A stretch of DNA of 64,000 nt from Dimorphilus gyrociliatus (Eukaryota; Animalia; Annelida). Where the stretch lies: the NCBI GenBank assembly GCA_904063045.1, contig CAJFCJ010000028.1:496001-560000 (forward strand). Reading direction: 5' to 3'. This document shows, piece after piece, positions 1 to 14,422 of this stretch. Within the stretch, counting starts at the first letter, position 1. Every line of letters starts with the position of its first letter. Both the position numbers and the translations under genes were made by a program. A model generated the notes under the pieces. It was not told where the DNA came from. It made no database searches and was given only the letters and a program-made list of their open reading frames with translations.

Positions 1-1885
1 AAGAAGTGCGATAAAAGAGACAAAGACTAAAGATGGGATTGGCGTATTTCTTTTAACGTGAACCATTCCCATCACTTCTACCATGTGTCCCTCTCTTCCA
101 GCAACATAGAAGAGTCTATACAGGAGAGAAAAAGGATTCGATTTTTAAATTCCCCTAGTTAGCCAATTCTTTAATAATCATTATCAAATAGAATCAATTA
201 AAGAATCATTAAACCTTCCGGCTGCAAACATGGAACCATTTATTGAACCAAAAGCGGAAGCGGCAATGAGTAGACTTATTAAGACCATTTTATATCTGAT
301 TTCTCCTTCGAAAGTTTTTAGAAAATCCTAAAAGTAAATCATTAAAATCACAAATTATAAAAATTAAGAAAATATCTTGGAGCGTTAATTTTCCAATGGG
401 AAAATTAACATAATCAACAACAATTAAAGCAAAGAAATAATCAAATATAGAAGCATCTTATCAAAAAAAATACGGGAAAGCAATCTGTAATATTTCATCA
501 TCCTGAAGCGTGAGATTTGAAGATAAGCTTGTTTTAAAACGTATTATGTACCTGCTAGATGAAAACATTGTACCGTTGGCGGCACCAAATGTTGAAAAGG
601 CTACGAAGATTGGTATCATCCATTTTACCGGTCTAATAACTGCTTCCGCCCATGTCTGTTTAATTTCTAACAGTCTAACTAACCGCCCAACATAATATTT
701 ATTACATTAGAAATGTATACTTACAATAGCAACAGCCGTTGAATCCAGTAGTTGAGCCGGAGTCATTACAGTAAAGTAACTAATATTTACCAAAAGATAA
801 CATACAGTAACCAACGGAATACCAATTAAGATTGAACGAGGTAGATTACTGAGATTAACGGTCAAGATTAATTTTGTTTTATAAACTTGTCCCAGTTGTT
901 GTAAAATTTATCTACTTACACGTTTGGATTAATAATCTCTTCTGTTACGTAATTTAAATTATTCCATCCATCGTAGGCCCACATGCCGTTGTAAATACCA
1001 ATAGCAATTTTACCCACTTGTTTATTTGTACCCGTAAATCCAGTCGCCAAAATAGCTGTTTGACCTGATTAGAGAATGAAAAAATTAAGATTTTCAATAC
1101 TGTTTTAATTAATAGTCAAACCTTGGCCAAGTCTTACAATTCCTCCAATAATAATTACAGCGATGGCTATTAGTTTTGCAACTGTAAAGACAACTTGAAT
1201 TCTTGCTGCTAACTTGACGGAAAAGCAGTTGACAGCAGTAAGAAGAACTATTTTTTAAATTAATATTACGTATAGTTTGCTGTAAATAATATTTATAGCG
1301 ATTACTTATAACTAGAGCAGCCATGATTTTCTTATTTGGAGTTGGAGGCTCACCGCAACCGTCGTCAAAAAATGGTACCATTACGTATTCGGCGCAAGTT
1401 AGAGATATGATAGCAATCGATGACGGCTTTATTAACAACATTGAAACCCAATTAAAAAGAAATGCCGGTATTCTACCAATTGATCTATATTTCTCTTTTC
1501 CTCCATAGCATTCTAGTAAATATGCATATTCGCATCCCGACTTTGGAATCATAGTTCCAAGTTCGGCTAGTGAAAGTGCTCCAAACATTGATATTATTCC
1601 ACAGATAGACCAAGATATAAGAGACAATCCTACTGATCCAGATCCCCTAGTTACTCCCTTGGGGGAGATGAAAATTCCCGATCCTAATAGGTTTTAAAAA
1701 TCCGTTAATCCGTGCTAGATAAGAAACATGTTAAGAAACCTTTTTTTACCTATCATAGTTCCAACAATTAAAGAAATTCCAGCAACTAATCCAACTCTTT
1801 TCTTCAATCCTACTTTAGAATTAGATGATGCAATTGACACACCATCGTCCCCGTTTGAACCAATATTTCTCTCTCGAACGCTCAT
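1..1885 (-). CDS. SLC7A9: b(0,+)-type/L-type amino acid transporter light chain (SLC7 family); 3' part runs off the window
   Basis: ATG 1885. Exons 1750-1885, 1306-1683, 1122-1247, 920-1064, 725-848, then 552-655 OR 215-327, then <1-115; all GT-AG and phase-consistent. Motifs [71 protein letters not shown] are SLC7 hallmarks, closest to b0,+AT as I recall them. Confidence 0.93.
215..327 (-). CDS. SLC7 alternative TM8 exon B ([38 protein letters not shown])
   Basis: 113 nt, cttttag acceptor and gtttaa donor, phase 0 to 2, stop-free. Homologous to exon A (FGxxNGxMF...R). Joining A to B shifts the frame. Confidence 0.8.
552..655 (-). CDS. SLC7 alternative TM8 exon A ([35 protein letters not shown])
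   Basis: 104 nt, aacag acceptor and gtacat donor, phase 0 to 2. Confidence 0.9.
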
Positions 1886-3326
1886 GTTGCTGTAGCTGCC
1901 TTCACGATTGCACTCAGAATGAAGAAGCCGATCCAATTTATACCAGTTAAACTTTAAGCGTAACCGTTGGATGCGACAGAATAAAATATACTCAACGAAC
2001 TTTATCAAAGTTCAATATAACAATTATCTTTAATTTTTAATAGTTATAATCCACTTAAATGTTGGCCTAATCGTTGAAACATGTGTTGGGATAACGTAGA
2101 AGTTAAGAAACGTTGCTAGGTGGCACTACCTTGTATTTAAGACAATCTTAAAAGCTTTTTAAGGCACTAATAAATAGAAACAAGATAAAGTTGAATGTTT
2201 AATTTGAGAAATTGAAGTAGGCAATCGGAATCTGTAACAAGATTTAAGTCTATACAGTGCACGCTATATATATATTGCAGTATTTTGAAGAAATATGCTG
2301 TAGAGATAGCCTACAAAGTATAGTATTTTATTGATAATGTTTAAAAAAGACCTAGTTGTTAGTTGAACCAATTACTTAGATTATTAAATATGGGGCGTGG
2401 ATACTTAAAAATATTATTGTTATCAATAGAAGATAGGATATTTATGTGCTGAAAAAAAACTATACAGATAAAATATGTAGATTCGATGCATTATTATCAA
2501 GCTTAACATCATTAGACAGTCAATTTCACAGTGTCGTAGCTCTGATTAAAATGATTCAGCATTTTTGTAGTTCATCGTTTTGTCATAATTAGTAATACAG
2601 AGTCTTTGTCCGACATAATTATGGTATCATATTTTCATCTTAAGAACTTGTAAAGAAGTGGAAAGAGTTGAAAGAAAAGTAAATCTCCCACAGAAGATTA
2701 TAATTTGGATATATACGAAATATAGAAAAGCGTAAATTATTTCTTTCTATTTTCATCACATAAAGTAGAAATATATATGTTTATATATAAGAATATACAT
2801 ATATATTAAAACTTATATAGCTGTTTAGTATTACATAGCAAGCAACTGTATAAACAATCGATAATGGTATTGAATATTTTTATTAGATTTCTTTTTTTTT
2901 CTTTTTTTTATTAAAAAAAAAACTATTTATTTTCCTTCTAATATTATTTTATAAGTTATAAGTAAAAATTTCATAGAAATTGTATACTGAATTGAAGAGA
3001 TGGCAAGATTTGTGTGAAATGATGAGAAAGAGAAAGTCTTTGTGTGTGTGTGTATGTGTGTGTGTGCACAAATTAGAGAATAGATATGTCTAGAGATGAA
3101 GTAGGAAAGGAAGACAAGAGATCAAGAGAGAGAGAGAGAGAGTCAGACACACAGACAGAAAGAAAGATAGTAGGTAAATGAAAGGAGTACGGAGAAAAAA
3201 GAAAAGAAAACGAAAGTAAATATAGCATGATTGACATAGAGAAATTCTTCTATTACTACTTGCATACTCTTTTGTTTATCTTTTTTTTCAAACCTAGTTA
3301 ATTAAGATTAAATATTGATTAATTAG

Positions 3327-4476
3327 TTAGATTGACGGTGTTTCTCTAAATGTATCGTAGTTTGTCACTGAATGGGAACTAGGAGAGTTTAATGACATTT
3401 TCTCCGACTCTTCTGACGCAGTCTTTTCGGGTATAGATGATTGCAATTGTTTTCTTCGTCCTACAAAATAGTCGGGTGAACTTTCCTCCACGTCGTAACT
3501 ATCATCTTTAAAATTTGGATCATTTCGAATGAGGTAAATTATCGCTAGTATGAGACTTAGTTCAAGTATTAGTACGACAGCTAAAGTAATAATAGCAGCC
3601 GTTTTAACTGTCTTAAGTGAAAGAAGGATATTTTCATAACAGCCATGGGAATAGAATAATTCTGTTGAAGTGGAATTTTTCACCAGGAATGATTCAACAC
3701 CCATTCGGCAATGCTGAAAATAGATAGGATATGGATATATTTAAGTTTTAAGCAGACATTTTGATTTATTTCCTTACTTCATACTGAGTTTCATTCCATC
3801 CAGTTAGATTATACTTCCGACAGCAGCTTTGCGGTACGATGTAACCAGTCTTATTATAAAAGTAACTGTACAAATAGTCTCCCGTGCCATTTACTCCGCA
3901 GCACTTGAAGTTTTGTTGGGCTAAGTCAGCAACCTGTTTTACTTGTTCATCTTTCAAGTACGAAGTTCTCAAGTGTTCTTCCATTCTCATTAATTGTGCA
4001 TTAGTAACTTCAAAAGGGTATAATTCAACAAAAACTATTACAGCAATTACCAGAGCTATAACAAATCCAGCATAGGCCGAAAAAGAAATCAGTAAGAGAC
4101 GATTGTTTAAGCATAAGCCTAGAATCCCACATAATCCAGATAATATCAAGAATAGACCTTAATCGAATAAAACAAGAAAGTAACGTAAAAAGTAAATAAA
4201 CAAATTTAAATATTCAAATTAGGAGAATAACTGTAGCAATAAAGAATTATCACAAAAATCCTATTTACCACTAGATAAGCCGTGATGAACTAATCGATTA
4301 GCCAATACAGTATATACCCCAACAGCCTTCGACGACTCTTCAAAAACTTTATAAACAGTAGATGCAGACGATAAATAAACGGACGTCGAAAATATCAGAA
4401 TACCAGAGACAATGAAGGCAAAGGTCATCGTTATAACAAATACTTCATTTATACGTCCGAAGCATTTACCCGTCAT
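3327..4476 (-). CDS. Tetraspanin, ~324 aa, with extended C-terminal tail
   Basis: Exons 4269-4476, 3778-4157, 3327-3713. Four hydrophobic helices; large loop with FKCCG, PQSCC, HC and GCY (6 Cys). Confidence 0.92.
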
Positions 4477-4809
4477 AACTTTTTCCTTTAGTTTCGTTAT
4501 TTCTTTGTATATTTATATTATTATTTTAATTTATTCTTCATTAATTTCCTCTAATTAGAAAGATATACATGAAAAAAAACATCTTGTTGTTTTCATATGT
4601 ATAAATGGCGACCGACTAATCATCTGATATTACAATCTGGATGACAAAAAAAAAAAAAAAAAAAACAATAGTAATACGAAACTGCTAGTATTCTTCTATT
4701 CAATATACATGTTTAGTAGTAACATGAAAAATCATTATAGTATATACTAATAGGCCTAAAATTGTATCTTCTTTATTTAATACATACATACTGTATATAC
4801 TATATATAG

Positions 4810-4812
<3 letters not shown>

Positions 4813-4854
<42 letters not shown>
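4813..4854. repeat. (GA)21 microsatellite
   Basis: Direct reading; lies between the divergent tetraspanin and CCDC190-like genes. Confidence 0.95.
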
Positions 4855-4859
<5 letters not shown>

Positions 4860-5111
4860 TACAGAGATTATAGATATGCACGTTTTGTAATACTTTACAC
4901 TTTTTCCCCCCAAATGACTAATTAGTCAACTAAATAACATAAAAGGGGAAAATGTGTAAAACGCTCAATAATGTAAATAGCAGGTCATATTAACGAATCA
5001 ATAAGTGTTGAACTTAATCGGATTAATTCAGTAATCATCCGACAGGTGGTGTTAACAACAAAAAAGAAAACTCTAACTTAACAACAGAAAAAAACTAAAG
5101 AAACTAAAGAT

Positions 5112-6139
5112 ATGAGACGACAAAATAGATTATCTATGCTTGGTATGGAAAAGGCGTTACACAGCGTCTTTAATGCCAAGGATTCAGCGCTAGGAGTAAC
5201 ACTACTTCGAACCAACAAAAAAGAAGAAAGGTAAATTGATAAATGAGAAAAAAAGAAAGATAGACTTTGCTTTCAGAATAACACTTTGTCTTCATAATGA
5301 ACATAATTATTTTAGGTTTAATGAAAACAATACATATAGAAAGCTACTATTTCAATTTTTATTAAATAATCTCTCTATCTCTTTCTCTCCAACTCTTTCT
5401 ATCTATGTTTTCTTTATTATCAATATATAACTAACTATATATTGTTTTCAATGAAACATTTAGTCGTGCGATTGAAATATTCCTTCTCTATACTTTTTTT
5501 TTATAAACTTTTCATGCTTTTTTTTTATCATTTTTCAGATTGTTAGAAACTAAACTAAAGAAGCTTGAAAAACAAATTAAAAAGCATAATACTCATCTGA
5601 AACAGGAGAAAAATTCATTTCTTACAAAGAAACAACAAGAACCGGAACCTATTCTACTTCTTGAACATCCTAGAACACCTAGCGTAAAACGAAGACCGCA
5701 TTATATGTTACCCACTGAAAGTAGGCAAAAAACTCCATCAACACTTAAAACTATTGACATGGTTGTCAGAAAAACTAGTCGAAAAGCTAATGTTTGGCAG
5801 GCGGAAGAAATTAAATACGAAACGTTAAGTAACGTTATTCTAACTGAAAAAGAAAAGGAGAAATTAGAAGAATCATATAGACCGAGATTTAATGCTACTC
5901 CTTCTAGGCCTAGTTCTAAAGCTACTTCAGTCTCAAACGATAGTTTACCGTCAACCGTTAAAAGATTATTGAGATCAACTGGAAGGATACCGACGGCAAC
6001 GTTTATAACCGAATTGGAGGATATTCCCCTCAGACCAAAGACACCTAAATCAGTGAAATTTAGAACTGAAAAGATTAAGAAACTACAAAGTATCGGTGGC
6101 ATTAGGAAGACAGATGTTAATTTTAATAGATATAACTGA
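5112..6139 (+). CDS. Basic coiled-coil/low-complexity protein, ~240 aa, possibly CCDC190/DUF4697-like
   Basis: Exons 5112-5230 (AG|gtaaat) and 5539-6139 (tttttcag|A) join in frame. The heptad stretch NKKEERLLETKLKKLEKQIKKHNTHLKQE has E/L/L/L/H/L/E spacing like CCDC190 as I recall it; family call unverified. Confidence 0.7.
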
Positions 6140-6498
6140 TATAAAAGAAAGTTCAAATAAGAATTGAACAAATTGTTTGCAATTGTGTTTCTTTTTTCCT
6201 TGAAAGGTTTTGAAAGTTCATCGATATTAAACATGTTATATAGCAAAACATTATCGATTTTTAAATTGATTTCTAATAAGCCACTTAAAAAACCAATCAG
6301 TCAACTTGTTCTATAGTACTTGGATATTTTTCTATATTTATAGGGGCTATTTTTAAAGATAATAGCTATTTATTAAAGCCAAATATTGAATAAAAAACAT
6401 TAATTTGATTTGATTTTATTAAGGTTTTGTTCACTATTGCAAACAAGAGTATATTACATTTCTCAATTTTTTTCTTATTAAAATATAGGTTTACCCCA

Positions 6499-6537
6499 AA
6501 CCGGTTAATAATTAACCGGTCGAATAGGTAACCGGTT
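6499..6537. promoter_or_regulatory. Cluster of Grainyhead/CP2-type sites within a 21-bp palindrome
   Basis: AACCGGTT 6499-6506, AACCGGTC 6514-6521, AACCGGTT 6530-6537; inverted repeat ACCGGTTAAT-A-ATTAACCGGT 6500-6520. Confidence 0.5.
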
Positions 6538-7307
6538 AACATTCGTTTTTCTATATTAATAATTCAGCTATGGCAAAGTATATAGCTGTTACGAAATCGC
6601 AATGTTGTAATTCCCTTTTATTATTTCCAATCGATTTCAAAATTATTCCATCTTGTACGACCTTGTTATTGATCACGTGGTAATAAATTACTTACCGTCT
6701 TTTCTTTTTAACATCAGAAATTACATAATATATTCTGGGCTTTGAAAGTAATTATATTTTATATTAACATAACTCTTAATGAGCATTATTATTTTTATGT
6801 GCAATAAAATGGTAATATGCAAGGCGTATCCTGATCAACATTCGTAATACAATCATTTTGTTGAGGTCATTTGAATGTCGCCTTTTTTCTCATTCCGGTT
6901 TTGGTTGCCTACAAGGTTTAGGACAAATAAAAATATGCTGCATTCAAGTATGATGTTACGATAAATGCAGTATATGGTCGCACTGAAAAAGTTTAGTTTA
7001 ATGCCGTTTATCAAAATAAAACCTCAAATGTATTCGAGGAAAATGACTTTACTATAAGAAAAAATCGTTCAAGAATATTCAAGCCGTTTTCCCGTCAGCA
7101 AAAAACTTTCCTAGCATTAAATAGAAAAAACAATTTACAACTTGAATACACTTTTCCGCCGGTTTTTCCTTTACAATATACTTTTAATGTACGGATGAAA
7201 AAACGTACGAAAATACACAAGTTAATGGAGTAATCGTAAAATCGTGAAGAAAAGTTCCATAAACATTTAACTCTTCTCACTTTTTTTTCTTTTTTTTTCT
7301 TTTTTTT

Positions 7308-8907
<1,600 letters not shown>

Positions 8908-9728
8908 TAATTTGTATTTAAAGAATTATTCAGATTACGAGCACAATTTACAGTACTGAAAATATACTTCTGGAAAATGGCGACCGTATGAAGATTTTCG
9001 ATTTTGTGCGCATAACCAAGTTTCAACATTTTCGATTCTAAAAAGGGGGCGAAAATTTGAGCAAAAAATAGAGTTTGTACAGGACGTGGAACCTGACTAT
9101 TCCGTATGAAAAAGAGCGGCTAAAAGTGAATATTTAAAACTTTCTAAATGTTAAATATACTGTATTAGTAGTTTATTTTGTAAAAAAAAGTTAAAATGGC
9201 TAAACATAATAAAAATTATGGTTATTGTTTTAAATACTCCCATTATACTGTTTATTATTTTGTATTACTTAATTAGTAATACACTATGTAGCTTAATTTA
9301 ATGCTTAAGAGGTTAGTCTTAAATTTTAATAGTCTCTTTTAGCAGTGCCTCTCAACGAAATTTCGATTAGTTTATACACGTTTATCAATATATCGTGTAG
9401 AATATAAAAAATTAAAATATCTTATTAAAAACAATAACTTTTTCCATATAAAATCATATTACTAAAAAATCTTTTGACTGCTGCATGCGTAATTCTCTAC
9501 CGGTTGACATTTCTAAATTCTGTACTTAAATTTTAATAGAAATGCTATTAAGTCTCTTCCAATACAAGAACATCATTCTGAACACTCCACACACCAGATC
9601 CTGCAACACGAAGATTGTATTAAAAAAATTATTATATACAATACAACGGTCTCTGAATTAACCATAACAACAAGATTAATATAGCATAGTGGTAAAATCG
9701 AGAGTCAGTTAATAAGAAAGAAAATCAG

Positions 9729-12700
9729 TTAATATTCATTATCCGAATTGGAACTAAAGAATCGCCCCACCAAATCCTGACTGAAACTGAAGCTGTTCAT
9801 TGCTGGTTGCATGTTGGTATTATAATCCAAATTAAATAATCTAGAGTAATCCGTAACGGAATGAGGCAAATAATAAGCAGAGTCAAATGATGTGGAGTGG
9901 ACTGATGGATAAGGGTTGTATCTATTTGATGATGTGTTAGAATGGGCGGGTGGAGGAGCTAAGGAGGTAGAGGTATTTCTCCCTCTATATACAGCTGAAG
10001 AGGAGGAAGAAACTCCAGGAAATACAGGCTGTTGCTGTTGGTAACTGGAAGACGGAGGTGTAATGGGAGGGTAGAGGAATTCAAGCGGGGAATCTCGCTG
10101 TGAACAAGAAGGTCGAGAAGGGCGGTTCGGAGTTGTGGTCATATCCAAAGGATTAGGAATTGCTGTAGCTGAATTCTCAGAATTTAATTCCGAACTGTCC
10201 TTTTCTAACTGTTGAGCAGCAGATATTATACCCTCCAATGAATCTGTTTCATCATCATCTTCTGACGAGGAAGTATATCGGACGGGAGATCCTCCACTTC
10301 GGCTGTCCGTACTGAAGCAAGTCACTGTTTCCGGCTCAAATGTTTGAATTTCATCATCAGTTTCTGTTAAGTCAATGCAATCAATAAATTTCTTTGAATT
10401 ATTACATGTTTCTTTCTCTCTTTCTCTCGTTACATCAGAACTATCACCATCTAAGAAATAAATAAATTAAAATCAAATCAATAAAATTAGAAACTGTTAA
10501 CAAACCATCAATAACAGTGCATATTTTAGCAGGCGATACTTTATTGTTTTCTTCAAAACTACTACACGAGTCAGAGCGTTTAAGACTCTTCTTTGGCTTC
10601 ATTGGCTGCCAAGTGCCATCTTCAAAAAACTGTATCTCCTCATTTTCAAGGGGACATTCATTTAATATTTCAACAAAATATCTATTCATTTTGAAATGAA
10701 AAATAAGATATTAGTTTTTTATAAATCATCAATTATGAAATGAATATTAAATTTTACCCATCAATAATTAAATCTCTGTAATCAGCTGGCTTAAAACATA
10801 CGGGACATTGCCAAGTTGGCTTTCTTTCATTCATTCTTATAAACGAAGAGGCATCGAAGCATTGTAAATGTTGGCAGGTTAGGCATCGACATGGGATGTT
10901 GATTCTCATTTTACCGAGCTGATTAAGAGAGATTATTAGAAAAATACATATTTACTGACTAATGTTTTAAAAACAAAACTAACTGGGCATTGTAGGCTAA
11001 CCCATAAACTGGAAATTGCAATTTCACTATCACGATCTGTTGTTAACTTTTCTTTAACTGTTAAACGAATTAGAAAAGGTTAAGTAATTTAACATGGAGC
11101 TTAAAACAACGTATTTATACGATAAAATGTACGTACTTAAGGCTTTTGTATGATCGGGATGCCGATGCCCTTTTTGCTTAAGTTTTTGCATCAATACATC
11201 TGATGTTTGTTGTCTAACGAGATAAATTGATACACAAAAATTCTAAAAAGAAATAAACATCTTTGTTAGATAACATCAATAATTCAACTATTGGTAGGTT
11301 TACTTTTTGAAATGTTGTTGTCCAACCAACAACCATTGAGTGTGTAGAACTGGAAGATAATTTACAATAATGTGTTATATTTACAGGCCTACTAGGACGT
11401 TTTGGCTCTACGTCAGGCTTGTTTGTTGGTATGGGATTCTGCAGTCGAAAGCATTATTCATTATAATTATATAAATTTTTATATAATTCGATAGTAATAC
11501 ATACTGGTAAAGTTACTGTTCGATGATTAATACGGACTGAACAACTAGATGGAAAGTCATCTTTTTGTTCACTGGTTCTTTCAAGTAGGCAAAATCTGAG
11601 TTGTACTTGTACCGGATATTCTATGCCACCACTCAAGCTTGGGTCCCTAAAAACACATTGTCAAAGCATTAGTTTTTGTAACTGATAAGAAATTGAATGT
11701 ATTTTACAACATCTGATACCTACCGGCATTGTGTTATCAGTTGAGTTTGGTGTGGTGTGAGATGGAAAGTAAAGGCAGCCTCCTGATTTCTAGACGTACC
11801 TCGTGGCGCTGAAAAAAATAGATAGTTTTTATAATATGAAAACTATATGAAGAATAGAGAAAATGATGTTACTTACTTAAACTGACCGGAGGTAATATAT
11901 TTTCCAGATGGTCGTAAAAAGGTAATGGCTTTAGTGTAACATCACATGGAATTGGATGGCTCTGTGTAGATGTTGATGATGGAGTTTCCCCTAAGAAATC
12001 CATAACATGAGGAGCTGAAAGAAAAACACATTAAAAATAGAACTGAAACTTTCAAATATTAGTGTTATTCATATTTTAAAAGGAAAATCAAACCATTAAT
12101 AAAGTAAAACGAGTAGATATGTTAATTAAAAGTTAAAAATTAAACATACATAATATAAACTCCTTTTAAAGAGAAGTAAGGAAAAGTAAGACTGGTTTAA
12201 AAACAAGAGGCAAATACTAATTTCTAAGAAGCAAGAGACATTCAAGAATTTCGGTGTGCAAAATTATATTTATTTAAACTATTTCTAGTAAAACAACAGA
12301 CTTCAGCTTACCCAGCAAACTATGTGGAAAACTTGAATAACCTACAATAACAAAGTTGAATTGATTATTATTTCCATTATTCAAGTAGAAGATTGTACAA
12401 GTTAACCAATATTAAAACAGACAATAAAAAATAGTATACCAGAAATTGTAGTCATATCAATATTGTGATAAATTTAAAAGCAATGGTTAAAAAGGAAATC
12501 AGTTCTTATCTACAGAAGTAGAATATCCTATCTTTCAAGAATTATTTGAGAAGTGAATTATTTGAAAGCTCAAAATCCATAACTTCAGTAGAATATCCGT
12601 GTGAAAATAGGTCAATCACAATTCAAGGTGAAAGGGAAAATTGGCGAATGAGTGATAAAATAAGATAATGAAGGAAATAAATGTAAACGCTTATACTCAA

Positions 12701-14389
12701 ACGAAAGGCAAAGAAATGAATAGAAAATTATAACAAAAATTAATAAAAAGCTAAATTATTTTCCATGTACGTTGTAAGGCTAATAATTTGAGAAAGGGCA
12801 ACCTACCGGTCAAATTTGTTTTCATGTCAACCAAGCCGGAAGTACCGTTTTTTGCTGCATTACTCGGAAATCGTCGTCTGTTCGATTCAAATTTTCTGTT
12901 TAAGTATTTTGTAGAAAAAAGTTATTTTTATATAAATAAATGACAAGATAATTTATAAACATTAAAGTGGTAACAGATTCAATAAGAAATAAACAGGTAT
13001 GACTTTTATTAATTCGATTGACACAAAGATTTGTAATCTTTTTAATAGGTTTATAATAAATCGTTTTATAAATTAAAATATTTTAACTGCAAGATTTTGT
13101 GCCCCTTAGGTAGACTACGCACTTATACATACATATACTGTATATAGTATATATATTGGTATATATATAGCATATATACATATATGCATTTATGTATATA
13201 GAACTATGTGTCCATTTACGTTTTTTATTCTTAAAACAAGGGATTTAGTTACTCATACTAGAAGTGAAAATAGTATAAAAACCCTGATCTTTTTCAATAC
13301 AAGTTCAATGTAGGCTTTAATATACATGTATATGAAACTCGAAATACTAAGTGAGTGTGACCTCTAAATATTTGAAGCTATCTCCCTAAGTTTATAGACT
13401 ATTACGATGAACTAAGGAATAGAAAATATGTTGTTTACTTGTATAAATCATGAACTCTCATTTCAATGGAGGCTGAGCAATTTTTCTGAACTAATTGTAA
13501 AGCTCTTGCTAACAGTTCATTTTTCCTTCCACTTTTGTTTCGACCTGCATATCCCAATAGAACTTGGAGTTCCGAAACTCTAAAGGATTTCACCATATTC
13601 TGTAAGATAAATAAGTATTTTTTTATAATAAGATGACATCAGAATTAAAATAACCAAAATTCTGTAATAACCGACCAGAATACAGCTTTGGGACGGGAAG
13701 TAATTGGTCATATTTCTATAGACATTCAAGATATGATCAATATTCGACGCCTATCAATTATTAATATTTGGAGAAGAACGTGTTTTATTCTATTTTACGC
13801 ATAAAAGAAAATTTTAAAGGCCTTTTAAAAACGTTCTAGTTTTATGAAAAGCAAAAATGGAAATTTTCTGTAGTTTTTCTCATTCTCAATTTATCTTCTC
13901 ATAATACCTTGTTCATCAAGGAACAAAAATGATTAAATGCTACTAAAAATGTCTTTCGAAATTAAAATTAATTCAGATTATCACAATATTTGATGTTTGA
14001 AAAGAAATAATTTATAGTAGTTCGGTAGATAAAAGCGCGCTAAATTTTAAGGAAAGTCGATATCAAATTTTTTTTAGAATGTAAGACAAAGAACTACTTT
14101 GATCCTTTCTATAGTAAATTTTACTTGTCAATATGAGACTTTTTTCTAGTTTTTTCTTAACTTAATCATAAAAACATTGAAGCTACATAATACAACTGTA
14201 GAATCATGGAGCCACGCGCAAGTTAAAATGAATAATTGGGTATGAATTCAGAAGAGAAAACAATCCAGAAAACTATCAATTTGTAGATAAATTTATGAAA
14301 TTACATATCCGAATAGAAAAAGACTCAAGATTACTAATTGAGATAGAAATTTAGCAAACCTCGATAGTATTCGCATTATCGTCAGCCAT
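9729..14389 (-). CDS. PIAS: PIAS-family E3 SUMO ligase, ~666 aa (SAP, PINIT, SP-RING, SIM, S/P-rich tail)
   Basis: 12 exons: 14360-14389, 13439-13599, 12807-12877, 11877-12014, 11724-11808, 11505-11646, 11304-11438, 11137-11242, 10984-11057, 10758-10918, 10506-10681, 9729-10450 (2001 nt). Motifs [41 protein letters not shown]...[18 protein letters not shown]. Confidence 0.97.
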
Positions 14390-14400
14390 TTTGATCTTTT

Positions 14401-14422
14401 TCCGGAAATCTGCGCATGCGCG
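14401..14422. promoter_or_regulatory. PIAS proximal promoter: NRF1/ewg palindrome plus ETS-like site
   Basis: TGCGCATGCGCG at 14411-14422 and TCCGGAAA at 14401-14408, 12-33 nt upstream of the PIAS ATG. Confidence 0.7.

Noticed and set aside
5701-6246. 181-aa minus-strand ORF
   Set aside because: Antisense shadow of the CCDC190-like exon; TTG start and no splice logic.
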